Origin: an uncultured Methanosarcinales archaeon
GTDB taxonomy: Archaea > Nanobdellota > Nanobdellia > Woesearchaeales > DSVV01
Direction: 5' to 3'
Length of the DNA: 20,000 bases
Assembly: GCA_964593285.1 (NCBI GenBank)
Contig: CAZQHZ010000003.1
Coordinates: 50,370 to 70,369, forward strand
The notes beneath the pieces were generated by a model, which was given only the letters and a program-made list of their open reading frames with translations, was not told the origin of the DNA and did no database searches. Each line of letters starts with the position of its first letter. Positions within the stretch are counted from its first letter, which is position 1. A program made the translations under genes and the position numbers. Of the stretch, positions 15,811 to 20,000 are shown piece after piece.

Positions 15811-16614
15811 TTATTTTTTGATAAAACTTTTCATATCTTCTACAAATTCTTCTGCTTCTTTGTATAAATTATCAAATTCTTTTCCAGAAATCTCATTTAG
15901 TTCTTTATGTATAATTTTTTTAGAAATATCATAAAATTTTTTCATTATTTTTGGAGATTTTTTGTTAATTAAATTATTTTTTGCTAATTTTTCTTCAAGC
16001 ACATGTGCAATTTCTGTTGGTGCTGGTGGGAGTATATTAATTTTCATTAAACTTGCATGTGCTGCATCAATTACTGCCCAATATAAATCTAATGTTGCTT
16101 GTAAAATATGCCATTTTGAATTATATAATGCTTGTGGTGATTTTGATATATAAAAAAGCATAGACTCTTTTGAAGGTCTGATTTTTCCAGAATATAATAA
16201 CATTTGAAGTGGTGTAAAAAAACCTGTATCTATTAAGGCAACACCATCTCTTAATATATTTAAACCAATAGGGTCGCCAATTCTAATATAATCCCAAAAT
16301 GAAGTAAACTTTAATGTAGTTACATGTATTCTTTTTGAAACTTTTAAAATATTTTTTTCAATAATGACTCTGTATGCTTCTACAACTTCTGCAGTTAAAT
16401 AATATGAAATATCATCAATTACAAGTAAAATGTCAATGTCTCCTTCTTTTTTTTCAGGATGTTTTGCTTTACTTCCAAATAAAACAATTGCTTTAACAAA
16501 TGATCCAAATTCTTTGTGTATATTTTTTGTAAATTCATAAGCTAAATCAATATCTTTTTTTTCAAAATTTTCTTTGAGGGAAGTTTTATTTTTTTTGTGG
16601 ATATTAAATTCCAT
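15811..16614 (-). CDS. Minimal nucleotidyltransferase (MNT) domain fused to a HEPN-like domain
   Basis: AIVLFGS...GDIDILLVID motif, followed by a C-terminal helical domain (LYWAVIDAAHASLM...P...H). Confidence 0.8.
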   Translation of the reverse strand: MEFNIHKKNKTSLKENFEKKDIDLAYEFTKNIHKEFGSFVKAIVLFGSKAKHPEKKEGDIDILLVIDDISYYLTAEVVEAYRVIIEKNILKVSKRIHVTTLKFTSFWDYIRIGDPIGLNILRDGVALIDTGFFTPLQMLLYSGKIRPSKESMLFYISKSPQALYNSKWHILQATLDLYWAVIDAAHASLMKINILPPAPTEIAHVLEEKLAKNNLINKKSPKIMKKFYDISKKIIHKELNEISGKEFDNLYKEAEEFVEDMKSFIKK

Positions 16615-16725
16615 ATTATTAAAAACAAAAATAGATTATATAAACTTTTATCACTTTTATAAAGTAGTATTTTATTATTAAGAATTTGAATATATTTAAA
16701 AATAAATTATGTTATCTATTAAATA

Positions 16726-17928
16726 ATGGTTTATAAATTAAGTTTTAAAGATATTAAATTTTTTGAAAAAAAAGATAAAATAAGGGCTTTTTTTTTGAAA
16801 ATGTATTATTTTGATATTTTAAAATCAGATTTATTAAAAATTTCAAATTTTAGAATTGAAAATCAAAATATTTTATTTGAAATAGATAATATAAAAAAAT
16901 TTGAAAAAAAAATAAATGAATTAATTAATGAGGGTTTTAATAATTTAGTAAATAACTTAACTCAAAAAAAAACAATTTATATTCATTCTAATTCAAATAT
17001 TCCACTACTAGGCTCACAGTATTTTGGTATTGTTGATAGAAATACAAATTTAATTGAAATTAGACCAAATACATCTTGTAATTTGAATTGTATTTATTGT
17101 TCTATAGACGAAGGTGTTAGTTCTAAAAAAAATGTTGATTTTGTTGTTGAAAAAGAATATATTGTTGGTGAATTAAAAAAATTGGTTAAATTAAAGCAAG
17201 ATGATGATATTGAAATACACATAAATCCACAGGGCGAGCCTTTACTTTATTCACCATTAATTGATTTAATAAATGATATTTCAAAAATAAAACAAGTTAA
17301 AAGAATTTCAATGGATACAAATGGGACAATGCTTACTAAAAAAATGGTTGATGATTTAATTAATAGTGGTTTGACTCAATTTAATATCTCAATAGATTCT
17401 ATGGATGAAAAAATTGCAGAAAAAATTGCAGATACAAAATATAATGTAGATAAAATTATTAATATTTGTAAGTACATTTCAAAAAAAACAAATTTAATTT
17501 TAGCACCTTTATTTATTAAAGGAATAAATGATTTAGAAATTGAAAAAATAATATTATTTTCAAAAAAAATTAATGCAAAAATTGGAATCCAAAATTTTTT
17601 AAATTATAAACATGGACGAAATCCAACTAAAAGTATTAGTATGGATGATTTTTATTTGAAATTAAAATCTTTAGAGGAAAAATATTTAGTTAAATTAATT
17701 TATAAACAAAAAGATTTTTTAATACATGAAACAAAAAAATTAGACAATCCTTTTAGAAAAGATGAAATAGTGAATTTGGAATTATTATTTCCTTTACAAT
17801 TAAAAAATGAATATTTATCTGTTTTAAAAAATAGGGCTATTAGTGTTATTAGTAATAAAAATAAAAAAAAAATAAAAGCAAGAATAATTAGAACAAAGCA
17901 TAATATAATAAAAGCTATTTCCTTTTAA
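16726..17928 (+). CDS. Radical SAM protein (COG2100-like) with C-terminal TRAM-like beta domain
   Basis: GIVDRNTNLIEIRP, CNLNCIYCS, QGEPLLY and TNG motifs, and C-terminal IKARIIRTKHNII. Confidence 0.88.
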   Translation: MVYKLSFKDIKFFEKKDKIRAFFLKMYYFDILKSDLLKISNFRIENQNILFEIDNIKKFEKKINELINEGFNNLVNNLTQKKTIYIHSNSNIPLLGSQYFGIVDRNTNLIEIRPNTSCNLNCIYCSIDEGVSSKKNVDFVVEKEYIVGELKKLVKLKQDDDIEIHINPQGEPLLYSPLIDLINDISKIKQVKRISMDTNGTMLTKKMVDDLINSGLTQFNISIDSMDEKIAEKIADTKYNVDKIINICKYISKKTNLILAPLFIKGINDLEIEKIILFSKKINAKIGIQNFLNYKHGRNPTKSISMDDFYLKLKSLEEKYLVKLIYKQKDFLIHETKKLDNPFRKDEIVNLELLFPLQLKNEYLSVLKNRAISVISNKNKKKIKARIIRTKHNIIKAISF

Positions 17929-17935
17929 AATTTTG

Positions 17936-19579
17936 TTATGTTTTAATATAATTTTTTAAAAAATTTTCATACCATTTAATATCTCTTTTAAAAGTAGTTG
18001 GAGAAATGTTTTGCTTTTTTGCTTGATATTTAATAGTATTATATGTATCAAATCTTGCATATTTATTTTGCTGTCTAAAATTAATTATATTTTTATATGT
18101 TTCATAATTATTTTTTCTTCTTTGAAATATGCTGTATTCTTTTTTTATTTTTTTATAATTTATTTTCTTATATTCTTTTTTATTTGCTCTGTGTTCTATT
18201 TTATCATCTTGTTTTTTTGTTTGATATATATTTTTATTTGTATCTTGATTTTTTATTGTTTTATTATTTTTAAATATTTCAAAATTGTTTGGTAAATTAT
18301 TTGCTATTTTTGTTGTGTATTTATTTTCTATAGATTCAAAAAAATTATTAATATTAAAATTGTTTTTTTCTGGGTTATAATTTATATTTGTATCTTGTTT
18401 ATTTTTATAATCTGTTAAATTTGTTTTTTCTTCTAAAGTATTATTTTTTTCTTCTGTATTGAATTGTGCTGTTGTTTTTGGTTCTTTTATTTTTTCATCA
18501 TTTTTATTATCTTTTAGATGAGGAATATTATTTTTTTTTGGATTTTTGTTTTCCCCTCCTTTTTTGTTTTTGTTTTTATTTCTATTTTTAAATAAATATC
18601 CTCCAGCAAAGATTGTTGGAATTAAACTTAAAATAGAATATAACCCATTTTTCTTTTTTTCTTTTTGTTGTTCATGTGCTTTTTGTTCATATTTTAAAAT
18701 ATCTTCTTGTATTTTTTCACTTAAATTATCATTTTTTATAGTTTCTTTTGGATTAATTGTTTTTAATTTTTCTTCAAGTGTTTTTTTTTCTTGATTTAGT
18801 TTATTAAAAGCATTATTATATTTATTCATATCTTCTTGAATTGTAGGCATATTATTGATATTAATTATGTTATCTTTTCCATTTATATTTAATGGAAGAT
18901 AATGAGGATTTTTTGAATCTGGTTTTAATGAATGGCTACCATCTAAATTAAACCATTTTTTTCCATCTTGTGAATATGGATAATCTTTTTTTAATTTATT
19001 GGATAATGTTTTTAAACCATCCTTCCAATTATCTCCTTCAATGCTTCGTGCAATTTTTTCAAGACTATCATTTTTTTTAACTATATAATTTGTTTTTGGC
19101 TTTTTTAATTGAGATAACTGTTTTTCTAATTTTTCTTTTTGTTTTGTAATTGTTAAGTAAATTGAATTATTTTTTGTTGTTATTTTAAAGTTTTTTGCTT
19201 GATTTTTATACTCTTGCAAGGATTCTATATGATTTTTTGTATTATTTAAATTATAATTAGAATTAAGATAATTATTGTAAAAATTGCTAAATGCAACAGC
19301 GCCTAGTAGTCCAATTCCTAAAATCGAAGTTTTAAAATAATTTAAATTATATTCTTTTTTTGAAAAATTATTTATTTTTTCATATAAATTATTTTTTTTA
19401 TTATTGAAATAGTTTTTAATTTTATTTAATGATTTAGTGTATTTTTCTTTTTTTCTTTTAGAAATTATCTTTGATTTTTTTTTGGTCCAATTTTTTATTG
19501 AGTTTATAAATTCATTTTTGCCAATAGTTGATTGTATATTTTCCTTTTTTTCATCTGTAGGCTTTTGATTATCTTGCAT
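17936..19579 (-). CDS. Two-TM membrane protein with coiled-coil-flanked LysM-like motif and basic low-complexity tail
   Basis: TM1 SILGIGLLGAVAF, LysM-like YIVKKNDSLEKIAR, TM2 LYSILSLIPTIFAGGYLF, and possible C-terminal HTH (AKKQNISPTTFKRDI). Confidence 0.65.
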   Translation of the reverse strand: MQDNQKPTDEKKENIQSTIGKNEFINSIKNWTKKKSKIISKRKKEKYTKSLNKIKNYFNNKKNNLYEKINNFSKKEYNLNYFKTSILGIGLLGAVAFSNFYNNYLNSNYNLNNTKNHIESLQEYKNQAKNFKITTKNNSIYLTITKQKEKLEKQLSQLKKPKTNYIVKKNDSLEKIARSIEGDNWKDGLKTLSNKLKKDYPYSQDGKKWFNLDGSHSLKPDSKNPHYLPLNINGKDNIININNMPTIQEDMNKYNNAFNKLNQEKKTLEEKLKTINPKETIKNDNLSEKIQEDILKYEQKAHEQQKEKKKNGLYSILSLIPTIFAGGYLFKNRNKNKNKKGGENKNPKKNNIPHLKDNKNDEKIKEPKTTAQFNTEEKNNTLEEKTNLTDYKNKQDTNINYNPEKNNFNINNFFESIENKYTTKIANNLPNNFEIFKNNKTIKNQDTNKNIYQTKKQDDKIEHRANKKEYKKINYKKIKKEYSIFQRRKNNYETYKNIINFRQQNKYARFDTYNTIKYQAKKQNISPTTFKRDIKWYENFLKNYIKT

Positions 19580-19767
19580 TATTACTGTAAAATAATAAAT
19601 ATATTTAAATCTTTTTATAAATTTTATAAAAATTTGATTTAAAAAACCGAAAATTTTTCGTTTTATTTGAATATTTTTTTTTTAAGCGGTGGAAGTTATT
19701 GTTTTTTTTATGTATTTTAACTTTTAAAATAATAAAATTTATATATTTTAAAAAATTTAAAAAATTT

Positions 19768-20000
19768 ATGAGTTATAAAATTCCTAAATTAAAAAAAAAA
19801 TTAGAAGCATTTATTTTAAGTGAAGATGGAAAAATTTCGAAAAAAAATATGTTTAAAGGAAGTATTTTATTTTTTGCAACATCTTTTCTTATTTCAAATA
19901 GTGCTTCTTCATTAATAAATATAGGTTCTGATTTAAGTCTACCATTAAGGGATGAAATTACGACAACTGAGCGATGTATATCGCATTCTAGCCATGGTAG
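19768..20000 (+). CDS. His-Xaa-Ser repeat (HxsA-like) precursor peptide, 5' part, runs off the window
   Basis: MSYKIPKLKKKLEAFILSEDGKISKKNMFKGSILFFATSFLISNSASSLINIGSDLSLPLRDEITTTERCISHSSHG(S)...; open to the window end and absent from the ORF track. Confidence 0.65.
   Translation, partial: MSYKIPKLKKKLEAFILSEDGKISKKNMFKGSILFFATSFLISNSASSLINIGSDLSLPLRDEITTTERCISHSSHG

Noticed and set aside
16726..17928. This radical SAM gene as the maturase of the His-Xaa-Ser peptide
   Set aside because: It resembles the widespread archaeal COG2100 family, has no SPASM Cys cluster, and is separated from the peptide by an oppositely oriented gene.
4284..18794. Antisense or alternate-frame ORFs 4284..4481, 9827..10012, 11013..11285, 11334..11528, 11643..11999, 12052..12258, 13847..14131, 15962..16153, 18011..18295 and 18546..18794
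   Set aside because: All lie within well-supported genes on the other strand or frame and show the F/I/L/S-rich (or C/W-rich off-frame) composition of shadow ORFs.
1..20000. CRISPR array, rRNA, integrase/transposase or reverse transcriptase genes
   Set aside because: No regularly spaced repeats, long GC-rich rRNA-like stretch or corresponding protein motifs were seen.

Overview
A very AT-rich archaeal window, most consistent with a DPANN (Woesearchaeota-like) metagenome-assembled scaffold. This is inferred from BHB-type tRNA introns, an A1-U72 tRNA-Gln, TTTAAA(T/A)A TATA boxes, a COG1361/ABC module, and PRC-barrel and MNT-HEPN genes. There is a 100-N scaffold gap at 10459-10558. Protein genes include ParA, a Zn-ribbon protein, a GbsR/MarR-ABC-COG1361 operon, two radical SAM enzymes, an HD hydrolase, a RelE-type toxin-antitoxin pair plus an unannotated relE remnant, rnhB, a PRC-barrel protein, TraB, an MNT-HEPN fusion and a LysM membrane protein. 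The start of a His-Xaa-Ser RiPP-like precursor lies at the right edge. The most unusual stretch is 2062-3437. In order it holds tRNA-Val(GAC), a 175-bp MITE-like element (GTAAG termini, 8-bp TSD, IS66-like), a free-standing PD-(D/E)XK nuclease, and a convergent tRNA-Gln(UUG) with two BHB introns (37/38 and 59/60). That tRNA is flanked on both sides by inverted copies of its own sequence: a perfect 19-bp copy of the intron-1 3' splice junction upstream and a 12-bp copy of the acceptor end downstream. All family assignments come from motif recognition by eye; no database searches were run.
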